DNA of 64,000 nt, taken from the sequence record SRR22947725_6733; one strand, given 5' to 3'. Below the pieces are notes generated by a model. That model worked only from the letters and a program-made list of their open reading frames with translations, did not search any database and was not told where the DNA came from. Of the stretch, positions 47,891 through 58,392 are shown one piece after another. The translations under genes and the position numbers were made by a program. Numbering within the stretch: position 1 is the stretch's first letter; each line of letters begins with the position of its first letter.

Positions 47891-50881
47891 TCACAATGCA
47901 TTTCCCGTATGACTGTGGGCGCATGCTTTGATTTTTTTCGGTGGTCCACAAACAACGACCTTTCCACCTTCATCACCTCCCTCGGGCCCCATGTCGATGA
48001 CCCAGTCTGAACTTTTAATCACGTCTGTGTGATGCTCAATCATGATCACTGAATGGCCCGAGTCGACAAGTTTTTGAAACAAATCGAGCAACACTCGAAC
48101 ATCATCGAAATGCAGGCCAGTCGTAGGTTCGTCAAATACGTAAAGGCAATGTTTGGGGCCTTTACGTTGATTGGAAATTTGAGTGAGGTGCTTAACCAGT
48201 TTAAGCCGCTGGCTTTCACCTCCGCTCAGCGTATTGACTGGTTGTCCGAGCTGTAAATATCCCAGACCAGCCTGTTGCAGCCATTGAAGTCCTCGACATG
48301 CTTTGATTGCGTGGGATGAGTCCGTAATGGATTGCAGGAATTCCATCGCCTCGTCGACCGTCGCTTTCAACATGTCGGCAATGCTCCAAGATCTGCACTC
48401 CGTTGTTCCTGCTCTGGGAGCGTCCGTAAGCTGCGCTGAGCAGGGTTCCATCAATTTTATTTCAAGGATCTGGGGTCTGAATCGACGACCTTCGCATTCT
48501 TCGCATTGAATAAAAACATCACTCAAGAATTGCATCTCGATTTTTTCAAAACCGACTCCACGACAATGCTGGCATTGACCCGTGCGTGAGTTGAAACTGA
48601 AATGCCCTGCCTTGTAGCCTTTCTCACGAGCGGCAGGAGTTTTTGCAAACAATTCACGTATCGCATCGAACGCTCCCACGTAAACGGCTGGATTAGATCG
48701 CGGGGTCCTTCCGATTGGTGATTGATCAACAAGCACCGCTTCGTCAATGCTCTGATGTCCCTGAATGGAGACTCTAGCCTTGGGGATCCCGTCCATTGTT
48801 TGTTCCGAGCTGGCATCACCATCATAAGTTTTCTCGGAGGTCAGATCATGATTCAAACGATCTCTAAGCATTGGTATCAGGACCTCACGAACAAGAGTTG
48901 TTTTTCCTGAACCACTCACTCCGGAGATACAAACCAGTCGATTCAATGGAATATTAACTGCAATATTTTTCAGATTATGCTTCGAAGCATTTTTGATCTG
49001 CATCCATTGAGTTTTATGCTTCGGTTGAACAGGGCGTCCTCGGAATGCATCGATCGTTTTCACAGTCGACAAATACTGTCCTGTTAGAGATCGTTTGGAA
49101 TTCATGAGCTGTTTCGCCGAACCCTGAAAAACCACGCTGCCTCCCTCTGTACCGTGACCGGGTCCGATGTCGATGACCTGGTCCGCTGCGAGCATCATTT
49201 GAGCCTCATGCTCTACCACCACGACTGTGTTTTGCTGGTCGCGCAAGTGTTTGAGAGTTGTGATGAGTTTCTGAGTGTCCTTGGGGTGGAGACCCACACT
49301 TGGTTCATCAAGGACATACAGGGTGTTAACCAAGCGTGTTCCCAGGCAGCTGGTGAGATTTACTCGTTCAGTCTCACCTCCGGATAAACTGCGTGTTGGA
49401 CGATCCAGAGTCAGGTATGAAAGCCCGATCTCAACCATAAATTTAAGTCTGGATTGTACTTCATTTAAAATAAGTCCCAGCGGTTCATTGACTTTCGGTT
49501 TGAATTTTTTTTGCCATGACTCAACGGTCTCCAGACATTTTGAAAGCGGGAGTTTGTAAAATGCTGGCAGTGTCAAGGAGTCACTTGAAGGTCCCGACAA
49601 ATGCATGCGATAGTTTAATGCCTCGGGTTGAAACCGAGCTCCTTCGCATGAAGGACAGATTGTATAGGACCGATAGCGAGCCAGTAGAACGCGCACATGC
49701 ATTTTGTAGGATTTGGATTCCAGCCATCTGAAATATCCTCGCACTCCATACCAAGCGTTGGGCCATTGATGATTTGCATCGCTTCCGTAACCTTGATCTC
49801 CTTCAATGACCCAGTTTTGCTGAGATTTTGTTAATTTCTTGAATGGGGTATCCGTTGGAATCTTTCGTTTCTGGCAGAAAGATATCATGTCCCTCTGGCA
49901 TTCCATGCCGTGACCGGTTTGCCATGGTTTAATGACACCTTGTTTCAGCGTGATGTTTTCATCTGGAATAACCAATTTGTAGTCAATGGTGATGACCCGC
50001 CCAAAACCTTTGCATTCCTGGCAAGCACCTGCAGGATTGTTGAAACTGAACAGGGAAGTTGTAGGTAACTTGTAGTCGATTTTACATGTCGAACAATGCC
50101 GGTCTCTGGAATGTTTTCTAGTTCTTGACGCAGATTGGTATGTAGTTTTGGCGGGATGCACCTTCAAATGCCCCTTGCCGAAGTGATATGCCTGTTCGCA
50201 GGCTTCGGTGAATCTCGAACGCATTCGTGTTGTCAGTTTGATACGATCTTGAATAATAGTCAGAGTAGTCTCCTTGTTTTTTTCCAAATGAGGCAACGAT
50301 TCCTCAAGCCTCATCGGTTCATTTTCAAGGAAGATTCGACTGAAGCCTTGTTGTTTCACCAGATTGATAGACTCCTTTAGAGACAGTTTAGGGCTTAATG
50401 GAACATCAAAAGAGATGAGGACGGTTTCGTCCGAGGCGGATTCAATCCAGTATTTCCAGATCGATTGAATGTCTTCTTCCATCACGATTTTACCACACTC
50501 TGAGCAATAGAGCTCCGCCTTCTGGGCCCATAATGATTTCACGTGGTCGCAGATTTCCGTCATCGTTCCGATTGTGGATCGAGTGGTCTTGACGGTATTG
50601 CGTTGTTGAATCGCAATGGCAGGTGGAATTCCCTCGATTTTGTCTACCCTGGGTTTGTCCATTCGGTCAAAAAATTGACGCGCATAGGGAGTGAAGGTTT
50701 CGATGTAGCGTCGTTGACCTTCTGCATAGAGAGTATCAAATGCAAGTGAGCTTTTGCCTGAACCACTCAGGCCGGTGATTACAATTAATTTCCCAAGAGG
50801 GAGATCCAAATCAAAATTTTTGAGATTGTTGTGACGAACCCCACGTAGTTGGATGCAAGTTTCCCGTTTCTTTTTGGGCAT
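47891..50881 (-). CDS. uvrA: excinuclease ABC subunit A
   Basis: Two ABC modules (GLSGSGKSS, GVSGSGKTT), LSGGE twice, DEPSVGLH/DEPTTGLH, CxxC zinc fingers; start likely ATG 50881. Confidence 0.93.
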   Translation of the reverse strand: MPKKKRETCIQLRGVRHNNLKNFDLDLPLGKLIVITGLSGSGKSSLAFDTLYAEGQRRYIETFTPYARQFFDRMDKPRVDKIEGIPPAIAIQQRNTVKTTRSTIGTMTEICDHVKSLWAQKAELYCSECGKIVMEEDIQSIWKYWIESASDETVLISFDVPLSPKLSLKESINLVKQQGFSRIFLENEPMRLEESLPHLEKNKETTLTIIQDRIKLTTRMRSRFTEACEQAYHFGKGHLKVHPAKTTYQSASRTRKHSRDRHCSTCKIDYKLPTTSLFSFNNPAGACQECKGFGRVITIDYKLVIPDENITLKQGVIKPWQTGHGMECQRDMISFCQKRKIPTDTPFKKLTKSQQNWVIEGDQGYGSDANHQWPNAWYGVRGYFRWLESKSYKMHVRVLLARYRSYTICPSCEGARFQPEALNYRMHLSGPSSDSLTLPAFYKLPLSKCLETVESWQKKFKPKVNEPLGLILNEVQSRLKFMVEIGLSYLTLDRPTRSLSGGETERVNLTSCLGTRLVNTLYVLDEPSVGLHPKDTQKLITTLKHLRDQQNTVVVVEHEAQMMLAADQVIDIGPGHGTEGGSVVFQGSAKQLMNSKRSLTGQYLSTVKTIDAFRGRPVQPKHKTQWMQIKNASKHNLKNIAVNIPLNRLVCISGVSGSGKTTLVREVLIPMLRDRLNHDLTSEKTYDGDASSEQTMDGIPKARVSIQGHQSIDEAVLVDQSPIGRTPRSNPAVYVGAFDAIRELFAKTPAAREKGYKAGHFSFNSRTGQCQHCRGVGFEKIEMQFLSDVFIQCEECEGRRFRPQILEIKLMEPCSAQLTDAPRAGTTECRSWSIADMLKATVDEAMEFLQSITDSSHAIKACRGLQWLQQAGLGYLQLGQPVNTLSGGESQRLKLVKHLTQISNQRKGPKHCLYVFDEPTTGLHFDDVRVLLDLFQKLVDSGHSVIMIEHHTDVIKSSDWVIDMGPEGGDEGGKVVVCGPPKKIKACAHSHTGNAL

Positions 50882-50888
50882 GAGATTC

Positions 50889-50916
50889 AACCTAAACGAG
50901 GGAAGGCCGCTGTCAA
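50889..50916 (-). promoter_or_regulatory. sigma70-like promoter of uvrA
   Basis: TTGACA-16-TAGGTT, 7 nt before ATG 50881. Confidence 0.55.
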
Positions 50917-51097
50917 TGAGTAGGCTTTCTTTGCGATTTTTTATTTTTTACTCCCGCTGTGTTCCAGAGACGAGGAGCGTTGCATCTTTTTGGCTTGATT
51001 ACTGGTTTTAATGCGAACCTTCTCCTCGCATACCTATGCTTATCCCGTAGCGGATCAAAGCTTGTCGAAACCCATTCAATTGGCATATGTTCAAATG

Positions 51098-52000
51098 ATG
51101 GACTCCAATATTTTAACTCGCAGATCTTTCTTGGGTAACAGTGCGCTTATGGCCGCATCCCTGACGGCTGGGATGCGAACTTCGAGTGTGCTTCAAGCAG
51201 ATACAGCTGCCGTCCGTAACAATATTAAATTTGGCTTGGTAACCTATCTTTGGGGCAAGGATATGAAACTTCCTGATTTGATTCGTTCTTGTGAGGAAGC
51301 GGGAATAGGAGGTGTTGAAACTCGGACTCAACATGCTCACGGAGTGGAACCTTCATTGTCCGCTGCTGAACGCAGGGAAGTGCGGGATCGTTTCAAGGAT
51401 AGCTCAGTTTCTCTGGTTGGTTACGGTTCAAATGCCCAATTTCACGATGCTGAATTAGAAAAACTCAAGGCAAATATTGAGTTGACCAAAAAATACATTC
51501 GTTTGATGCATGATTGTGGTGGTAGCGGGGTCAAAGTGAAACCCAATGGATTTGCCCAAGGGGTGTCCAAAGAGAAAAGCATTCTTCAGATTGGACGTGC
51601 GTTGAATGAAGTGGCTGCATACGGAGATGATTGGGGACAGGAAATTCGTGTGGAGGCTCATGGCAAAGGTACGAGCGATTTACCTGTCATGAAAGCAATT
51701 TTCGATATGGCAGATCACCCCAATGTTGGTGTTTGCTGGAACTCCAACGGGGTGGATACACAAGGTGCCGGACTGAAGTCGAATTTCAATATGGTGAGAG
51801 ATCGGTTCGGTGCTACCGCGCATGTGCGAGAGTTGAACCTGGGTGATTATCCATATCAGCAGTTGATGAAGATGATGGTTCAAACAAAATATAATGGATG
51901 GATACTCTTGGAAGCTCGCACCAAACCAGTCGACAAAATCGCTGCTATGAAGGAACAGCGAGAAGTATTCGAAGGTATGATTGCCAAAGCACAAGGTTGA
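51098..52000 (+). CDS. Tat-exported sugar phosphate isomerase/epimerase (TIM barrel)
   Basis: TRRSFL twin-arginine motif; VEAHG, H..E, LLE metal-site pattern. Start 51095 or 51098. Confidence 0.82.
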   Translation: MDSNILTRRSFLGNSALMAASLTAGMRTSSVLQADTAAVRNNIKFGLVTYLWGKDMKLPDLIRSCEEAGIGGVETRTQHAHGVEPSLSAAERREVRDRFKDSSVSLVGYGSNAQFHDAELEKLKANIELTKKYIRLMHDCGGSGVKVKPNGFAQGVSKEKSILQIGRALNEVAAYGDDWGQEIRVEAHGKGTSDLPVMKAIFDMADHPNVGVCWNSNGVDTQGAGLKSNFNMVRDRFGATAHVRELNLGDYPYQQLMKMMVQTKYNGWILLEARTKPVDKIAAMKEQREVFEGMIAKAQG

Positions 52001-52004
52001 ATTC

Positions 52005-52577
52005 TTGAGCACGACCCAATCCATTGATATCACGCGCATCCTTCATAATATTGAAGGAGGTGACGATTATGCATCCGAGCAGTTGCTGCCATTGGTCTAT
52101 CGTGAGCTTCGTCAACAAGCAGCGCATCAAATGGTTAAGGAAAACCCGGGTCACACCCTGCAGCCAACGGCACTTGTTCATGAAGCTTACTTGAGGTTGC
52201 TGGGGGATGCCGATCAGCACTGGGAGAATCGCCGTCATTTCTTCGCCGCCGCCGCCGAGGCCATGCGTCGAATCCTGGTTGAAAATGCTCGGCGCAAACA
52301 ACGGCAACGCCACGGTGGTGAATGGAAACGTGTGGATCTTGCCGGACTTGATGTCGCTGTGACCGCTGAGGATGACCAACTTCTACTGGTGAATGAAGCA
52401 CTCGCCAAACTCGAAAAGGAAGATCCCGAGAGCGCTGAACTCATTAAACTCAGATTCTTTGTGGGGCTTCCCAACATTCAGGCCGCCAAAATACTCAACA
52501 TGTCCGAACGCACGGCCAAGCGCAACTGGGCTTATGCTCGTGCCTGGCTTTTTGAGGAAATTACCCGAAATAAATAG
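52005..52577 (+). CDS. ECF sigma factor, TIGR02999-like (kinase-associated)
   Basis: LLPLVYRELR, HTLQPTALVHEAYLRL, HFFAAAAEAMRRILVE.AR, LRFF.GL, W.YARAWL; likely TTG start at 52005. Confidence 0.93.
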   Translation: MSTTQSIDITRILHNIEGGDDYASEQLLPLVYRELRQQAAHQMVKENPGHTLQPTALVHEAYLRLLGDADQHWENRRHFFAAAAEAMRRILVENARRKQRQRHGGEWKRVDLAGLDVAVTAEDDQLLLVNEALAKLEKEDPESAELIKLRFFVGLPNIQAAKILNMSERTAKRNWAYARAWLFEEITRNK

Positions 52578-52723
52578 TGATTGATAAGATTGGATGAGTG
52601 ATTCATGGCTCCTTTTTTCAGGGGTTTTAGCTCGCAACATTGGGCCAGGTATCGTTTGTCCAAGCCAGAGGATCGGAGTCAAGCTGTCGAAAGTGAAATC
52701 AAGCATGGATGAAGTCCTCAAAA

Positions 52724-52758
52724 GAAAAATCGGGCTCCCAACGGGAACCCGATTTTTC
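52724..52758. terminator. intrinsic terminator between convergent genes
   Basis: gaaaaatcgggctccc-aac-gggaacccgatttttc, 16-bp stem with one mismatch (G-U on the minus strand). Confidence 0.85.
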
Positions 52759-52792
52759 GTGAATGGTAAGTTATGTTCGGTGTCAGATTGTC

Positions 52793-54652
52793 TTATTCTG
52801 CGATAAAAAATTGGGACGCTTGATCCGGTGTCACCGAATGAGGGGAAGTTGCTCCATCTACAGCATTGAATGGACCTTCAATGCTTTCAGCGCTCATCAG
52901 CGTACCATCGAATTCAATGACGACATTCTTATCAGTCAAGGAGATCGAGGATATGCTTCCTCCGTCAGTAACGGGATCTTTCGTGACACCACGGATAATC
53001 AATCCACTGATACCACCCGAATTATCTTCCATCTCCGCAAACCAGATGTGTTGGCCCTCTGCCAAATCCACTGTCACCGTTCGTGGCTGACCGTCTGGTG
53101 CCACAATGGGTGCACCATCGATTTCAACCACGCCACTATAGTTGCCAGTGTTTTGTTCGGCGGGCGCGTTGCTCACCACGGCACCATCGACCCAAACTTT
53201 TCCAAACCTTCCATTGTTGTCGGTTGTTCTTCCCTCGAACACCGTTACGTTGTAACTCCCTGAATTCAATCCTGAAAAACGCATGAGAAGTTCTGTTCCT
53301 CCTGTGTCTGGATCACGGTAGTTGTAATCGTCCTTGACGACGGCGGGAACCAGCACTCCATCGTAAACCGCATCGTAAAGCTCCTTGGTTGGGTTGTTTG
53401 CAATCTGACCATTTGCGGGTGCCTGTCCTGTTTCAGCTGAGAGGGCGGCATTATCCATGATGGTCATCATGACATTGCTGTTACCACTTTCAGAGAAGTC
53501 AGTGAGTTTCCAGGTTGCTTCTGTGAGTTCGTCATTAGCGACACCCTCAAGACTTGAGCTGTCTTCGGTTACTTCCGCATTGGGATTAGCAAAGCTCCAC
53601 GTGGGAATCACATTCCAGTCAGCTAAAGCATCAGGGAATTCACCAGATGGAAAGCCATCTGCGTCTGCGATTTCCCTTTCATTTTCGATATGACCAAAGT
53701 CAATCTTGAATAAACCATTTGATGTGGTTACATCCGCTGGAGGAGGCGCAAGATCGACAGAACGAATAATCATACCACTGATGCCACCTGAGTTGTCCTC
53801 CATTTCTGAGAACCACAGATAATCTCCCTCGGCTACCGCCACGGTGACTGTCCTGGGTTGTCCCCATGCAAGCACATCTCCCTTGGTCGTGACGGCAGAA
53901 TAATTGCCAGAATTTGCTTCTTCAGGTGCACCGCTTCCGTTCAAGTCTCCGACCCAGACTTTTCCGAATCTTCCATTTGTATCTGTGGTGCGGCCTTCAA
54001 ACACGGTCACGTTGTAAAAACCGGGATCCAGATTTGCAAACCGCATGAGGACCTCCGTACCAGCTGTATCAGGATTTCGATAGTTGTAATCATCCTTCAC
54101 TGTAAAGGGAACCAATACCTGATCGTATGCAATTTTATCGATCTGAGGGTATAGAGGCACCGGATTGCCGTCAAAATCCAGATACAGGAAACCTTCATGT
54201 GTGGGATTATTTGCGATTTGGCCCAACATGACTGGCGGTGCATTTGGACTGACACTATTCGAGAGTGCTTCATTGTCCAACATGGTCAACGTCACGTCAG
54301 AGGCCGCTCCAGAAAAGTCACGAAGTTTCCAAGTCACCTCATTCCCAGCATCATTCACCGTGCCTTCAATACTCGCAGAATCTTCTGTGACTTCGCTATT
54401 TGGATCTTCAAAAGTCCAAGTTGGAATAACATCCCAGTCGGTCAGTGGCTCAGGAAATTCTCCTGTGAAGATGGTTTCGGGATTACCAAATATTTCGCCA
54501 TCAAAATAATCGACTTCGTATGTCAGAATCTCTGCTTCATTTTGGATGTGACCAAAATCGATTTTATAAACTGCTGCATAAGAGGAGGCAGCGGTTGCAA
54601 TCATACCTGTTATTAGTGACCAGGTCAGCAAGTTGGTTTTAAGTGAGTTCAT
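52793..54652 (-). CDS. secreted acidic protein with two tandem copies of an unassigned beta-rich domain
   Basis: Signal peptide (SYA-AV); both copies share KIDFGHI.NE, W.VIPTW, GQIANNPT, KDDYNYR.PDT, YNVTVFEGRTTD.NGRFGKVWV, EMEDNSGGISG.IIR. Confidence 0.85.
   Translation of the reverse strand: MNSLKTNLLTWSLITGMIATAASSYAAVYKIDFGHIQNEAEILTYEVDYFDGEIFGNPETIFTGEFPEPLTDWDVIPTWTFEDPNSEVTEDSASIEGTVNDAGNEVTWKLRDFSGAASDVTLTMLDNEALSNSVSPNAPPVMLGQIANNPTHEGFLYLDFDGNPVPLYPQIDKIAYDQVLVPFTVKDDYNYRNPDTAGTEVLMRFANLDPGFYNVTVFEGRTTDTNGRFGKVWVGDLNGSGAPEEANSGNYSAVTTKGDVLAWGQPRTVTVAVAEGDYLWFSEMEDNSGGISGMIIRSVDLAPPPADVTTSNGLFKIDFGHIENEREIADADGFPSGEFPDALADWNVIPTWSFANPNAEVTEDSSSLEGVANDELTEATWKLTDFSESGNSNVMMTIMDNAALSAETGQAPANGQIANNPTKELYDAVYDGVLVPAVVKDDYNYRDPDTGGTELLMRFSGLNSGSYNVTVFEGRTTDNNGRFGKVWVDGAVVSNAPAEQNTGNYSGVVEIDGAPIVAPDGQPRTVTVDLAEGQHIWFAEMEDNSGGISGLIIRGVTKDPVTDGGSISSISLTDKNVVIEFDGTLMSAESIEGPFNAVDGATSPHSVTPDQASQFFIAE
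52985..54571 (-). repeat. intragenic tandem duplication (about 53757-54571 and 52985-53713)
   Basis: Long identical peptide blocks in both halves, joined by DLAPPPADVTTSNG. Confidence 0.9.
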
Positions 54653-54936
54653 AATTGAATAGTTTAAATGCATGATATTCCCAGATGTCTTGAGGTGGTT
54701 TTAAACGTTATTGAGAAGTTTTATCCTAGTTCAAGGTTTAAATAGATCAATGGCTTGAATTTGAATAATCACTCGTTTGTTTTTTGCACCTATTTGCGAG
54801 AATTTGGAATTACCCTCCTTCGAGAAAATATGAGCTACAATTGAATGGACATCAGGGGGGTGAAAAAAATAACTAATTTGGCCCAAAAGAACACCTTTCG
54901 TCGCATTACTAAATAGAAGACTTATCATGGCTTGTA

Positions 54937-57900
54937 ATGAGTAACCAATTTTCAAAAGAAAAAGACATATTTGTCGAAGCCGAAGGAATCTCAGACCCTG
55001 CGGAGAGACAGCAGTTTCTCGTCCGTGCCTGTGGTGGTGACGAAAACTTGCGTGACCGCATCGACAAGCTCTTGTCTGCTCACATTGAAAATGAGGGTTT
55101 CATCCCGGTAGACCCAAACGAGCAAACAAAATTCTCTCTTGAAACGGCCCCACGTGAAGGTGAAGGATCCATCATCGGTCGCTATAAACTGCTGCAAAAC
55201 ATTGGGGAAGGCGGTTGCGGTGTAGTCTACATGGCTGAGCAGCAAACGCCCGTCGTGCGACGAGTTGCGCTGAAGATCATCAAGCTTGGTATGGATACCA
55301 AACAGGTGATCGCTCGATTCGAAGCAGAGCGTCAGGCCTTGGCAATGATGGACCACCCCAACATTTCCAAAGTATTGGATGCAGGTGCTACGGACAACGG
55401 GAGGCCATTTTTCGTTATGGAATTGGTGCGTGGTGTGCGAATAACCGAATTCTGTGACCAACAGAATCTGGACACCAAGGAGCGTCTAAAATTGTTCATG
55501 GACGTTTGCAGTGCAATTCAGCATGCCCACCAGAAAGGTGTTATCCACCGTGATATCAAGCCGTCGAACATTCTGGTCACCATGCATGACCATAAATCAG
55601 TGCCCAAAATCATTGATTTCGGTATTGCCAAGGCCACTCAACAACGCCTGACAGACAAGACACTCTTCACACAATTTCACCAATTCATCGGGACGCCAGC
55701 ATACATGAGCCCTGAGCAGGCGCAAATGAGCGGATTAGACGTGGACACGCGCACGGACATCTACTCACTTGGAGTTTTATTGTATGAGCTGCTGACCGGC
55801 CGCACGCCTCTTGATGCAAAGGAATTGACCAAAGCGGATTATGACGAAATGCGGCGCCGAATCCGTGACGAGGAGCCTATCTATCCTTCCACGCAGTTGA
55901 GTTCGATGAATCCTGCGGAGTTGACCACAACGGCAACGCGTAGAAACACCGAGCCAGCTCGTTTGAACCGTATAATGCGAGGGGAGCTGGATTGGATTGT
56001 CATGAAGGCTCTCGAAAAAAACAGAAAACGACGATACGAGACTGCAACTGAACTGGCCCTGGATGTTCAGCGGTATTTGAATCTGGAACCTGTCAAGGCG
56101 GCGGCTCCCAGCTCGTTGTATCGATTTCGCAAATTTGCTCGCAGAAATCAAGCAGCGCTCATTACCGCAGCCATCATTCTAATCCTCCTTACCGTAGGAT
56201 CTGTCGTCAGCACAGGGTTGGCAATCAAAGCAACGATTGCTCAAAGGAATGCCGATGCACTTGCAAAAAAATCACAGACAGCCCAGGAACTTGCCGAATT
56301 AAGAGAGCAAGACGCCAATGAACAGCGCAACCTGGTGGTAAGGAGTTCACGTGCCTTGCGCCAAAATCTTTACGCATCAGACATCTACCAGGCTCAGCAC
56401 TTTCTCAGAGACGGCAACATTGCCAAAACGCGTGAGCTCCTCTTGAAATATGCAGTTTCAAACCAGAGTCAAGAGCCGCTGAGAGGGTTTGAATGGCAAT
56501 ACCTTTGGGATCGTTCCAAAGGCGATGAACTTTTTGTTTTTGACGATCTTGAAAGGCCAACGGGCGCGCTTGCTTTTTCCAACGATGGGACACTTCTTGC
56601 AGCGATCAGTGCGGATGGAAATGTTTGTGTTTGGAGTGTTAGAACGCGAATGCGCGTTGCTATGTTCGAAGCCGACATACAACAACGCTGGGTCTTCGGG
56701 CTTAGGATGCAATTCTCCAAAGACGACCGCTACCTTTATTTGGGAGGGCAGCGTATTTCCCGACTGAGTGTCAGGGACACATCCGATTGGTCGCAGGTTG
56801 CATGTTTCAAAGATGCGAGCTTTCCTGTGATAGAACAGGAAAAAGAAGGACAATTTGCCGCTTACCACAACGGGAATTTCAAGCTTTTCAATGTTAATCA
56901 ACAAAGAGAAACAGGCGTTGGGTTTTCTACATTCCCATTGTCTGGAAAAGAAATCCGTAACTACGCTTTTACAACTGATCGTGAAATGATCGCGATTCAA
57001 GAGCGTAACAAGGAATTGATTTCTATTCACGATGTTCAATCAGGGCGCAAGATGATGGATTGGCCTCATTCCTCTTCAAAGGACACAGGCCTCATGTCGA
57101 TTGCTGGTGGTTTACAATATGTAGCCTGGATGCCTGAAATCTGGAACCGAAGTGTCGACGAAGTTCAATTACGTCTATTCCAGCCTTTCGAGGAGCGAGA
57201 AATTCAACTTGAAAATTCGCAGCCCGGTTTGCTCATTGCTGCCGAGTTTTCCCCTGACACACAATGGTTGGTTGCGGGTGGCTGGGACTACCTGCTCCAC
57301 GTATGGGAACCTTCAACCGGAGCAAAACGAGGCTCATTCAAAGGTCATCTCGACGAAATCTTCTGTGTTGCTTTCTCTCCCAATTCACAGACTTTGGCCT
57401 CAGGCGGCAAAGATGGGCGAGTTTACTTGTGGGACCTGCGGTCAATGAAGCCAAAACCAGATCTGGAATCTATTGCCTTCAGGAAATCTGCCCGTGACAC
57501 CGAGGAATTAAATTCTCGCAAGGAATTTGCAAGCGTTTTCCCTTCAGCATTATGGGCTGAGTTTGAACGAGGCGACGTGGATTATTTCTTTCCATCTGAT
57601 TTCAAAAGGCGTGGATGGTGTATTTCTCCGGACGGAACGCACCTTGTTCACAGGGTGGAAGACCAATCGCTTGAGGTTTTTAATTTAACCGAAAGTAGAT
57701 TTGAGGCATCACTGGATGTCATAAAAAGGGAGCGGAGATTTGGCCATCACCAGGTCTCCCACACTTTTATTTCAAATGACCGATTACTTTACCGGACGAA
57801 CGATGGTTTTGCCGTTTGGAATGTGAGATACGATCGCAACGAACCAAACAAAATTCCCGAAGACCTTATTGCCTTCAAAGGGGCTTCGTCTGATGGTCGG

Positions 57901-58392
57901 CTTCTTGCGATGGAACGCGAGAACGAAGAGGCTGGAATAGTGCTATGGGATTTCGATGCAGAGAAGGCCGTCTCTACACTAAGTGGGATGGATCATGGAT
58001 ATCATCGAATTGTGTTTTCTCCTGATTCGAAGCTTGCGATAGCCACCGGTTGGGACAAGCGAGGTTTGGTATGGAACACGGCAACAGGAGCTGTTCAACA
58101 CGTTTTAACCGGACACAAACAAGGGATTCACGCTGCTGCATTTGCCCATGATCATAAATCTATTTGTACCAGCAGTCCTGATGGCACTATTCGTATCTGG
58201 CATCTGGAAACTGGTCGTGAAATGTTGACTTTTACTCCTGACGTTACCGGCGCAGACAGACTTATTTTTTCAAAAGACAATCAGAAATTGCTGATTCTTG
58301 GTATTGACAAAACCTGGCTGCTTCGAGTGCCCGGGCTGGATCAAATTGACCAAGGATTGGCCGCAATAGTTAAAGAAAATAACCCTCTATGA
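54937..58392 (+). CDS. Hanks-type Ser/Thr kinase-TM-coiled coil-WD40 protein
   Basis: IGEGGCGVVY, VALK, HRDIKPSN, DFG, GTPAYMSPEQ; TM AALITAAIILILLTVGSVVSTGLAI; GH...WD repeats. Confidence 0.95.
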   Translation: MSNQFSKEKDIFVEAEGISDPAERQQFLVRACGGDENLRDRIDKLLSAHIENEGFIPVDPNEQTKFSLETAPREGEGSIIGRYKLLQNIGEGGCGVVYMAEQQTPVVRRVALKIIKLGMDTKQVIARFEAERQALAMMDHPNISKVLDAGATDNGRPFFVMELVRGVRITEFCDQQNLDTKERLKLFMDVCSAIQHAHQKGVIHRDIKPSNILVTMHDHKSVPKIIDFGIAKATQQRLTDKTLFTQFHQFIGTPAYMSPEQAQMSGLDVDTRTDIYSLGVLLYELLTGRTPLDAKELTKADYDEMRRRIRDEEPIYPSTQLSSMNPAELTTTATRRNTEPARLNRIMRGELDWIVMKALEKNRKRRYETATELALDVQRYLNLEPVKAAAPSSLYRFRKFARRNQAALITAAIILILLTVGSVVSTGLAIKATIAQRNADALAKKSQTAQELAELREQDANEQRNLVVRSSRALRQNLYASDIYQAQHFLRDGNIAKTRELLLKYAVSNQSQEPLRGFEWQYLWDRSKGDELFVFDDLERPTGALAFSNDGTLLAAISADGNVCVWSVRTRMRVAMFEADIQQRWVFGLRMQFSKDDRYLYLGGQRISRLSVRDTSDWSQVACFKDASFPVIEQEKEGQFAAYHNGNFKLFNVNQQRETGVGFSTFPLSGKEIRNYAFTTDREMIAIQERNKELISIHDVQSGRKMMDWPHSSSKDTGLMSIAGGLQYVAWMPEIWNRSVDEVQLRLFQPFEEREIQLENSQPGLLIAAEFSPDTQWLVAGGWDYLLHVWEPSTGAKRGSFKGHLDEIFCVAFSPNSQTLASGGKDGRVYLWDLRSMKPKPDLESIAFRKSARDTEELNSRKEFASVFPSALWAEFERGDVDYFFPSDFKRRGWCISPDGTHLVHRVEDQSLEVFNLTESRFEASLDVIKRERRFGHHQVSHTFISNDRLLYRTNDGFAVWNVRYDRNEPNKIPEDLIAFKGASSDGRLLAMERENEEAGIVLWDFDAEKAVSTLSGMDHGYHRIVFSPDSKLAIATGWDKRGLVWNTATGAVQHVLTGHKQGIHAAAFAHDHKSICTSSPDGTIRIWHLETGREMLTFTPDVTGADRLIFSKDNQKLLILGIDKTWLLRVPGLDQIDQGLAAIVKENNPL

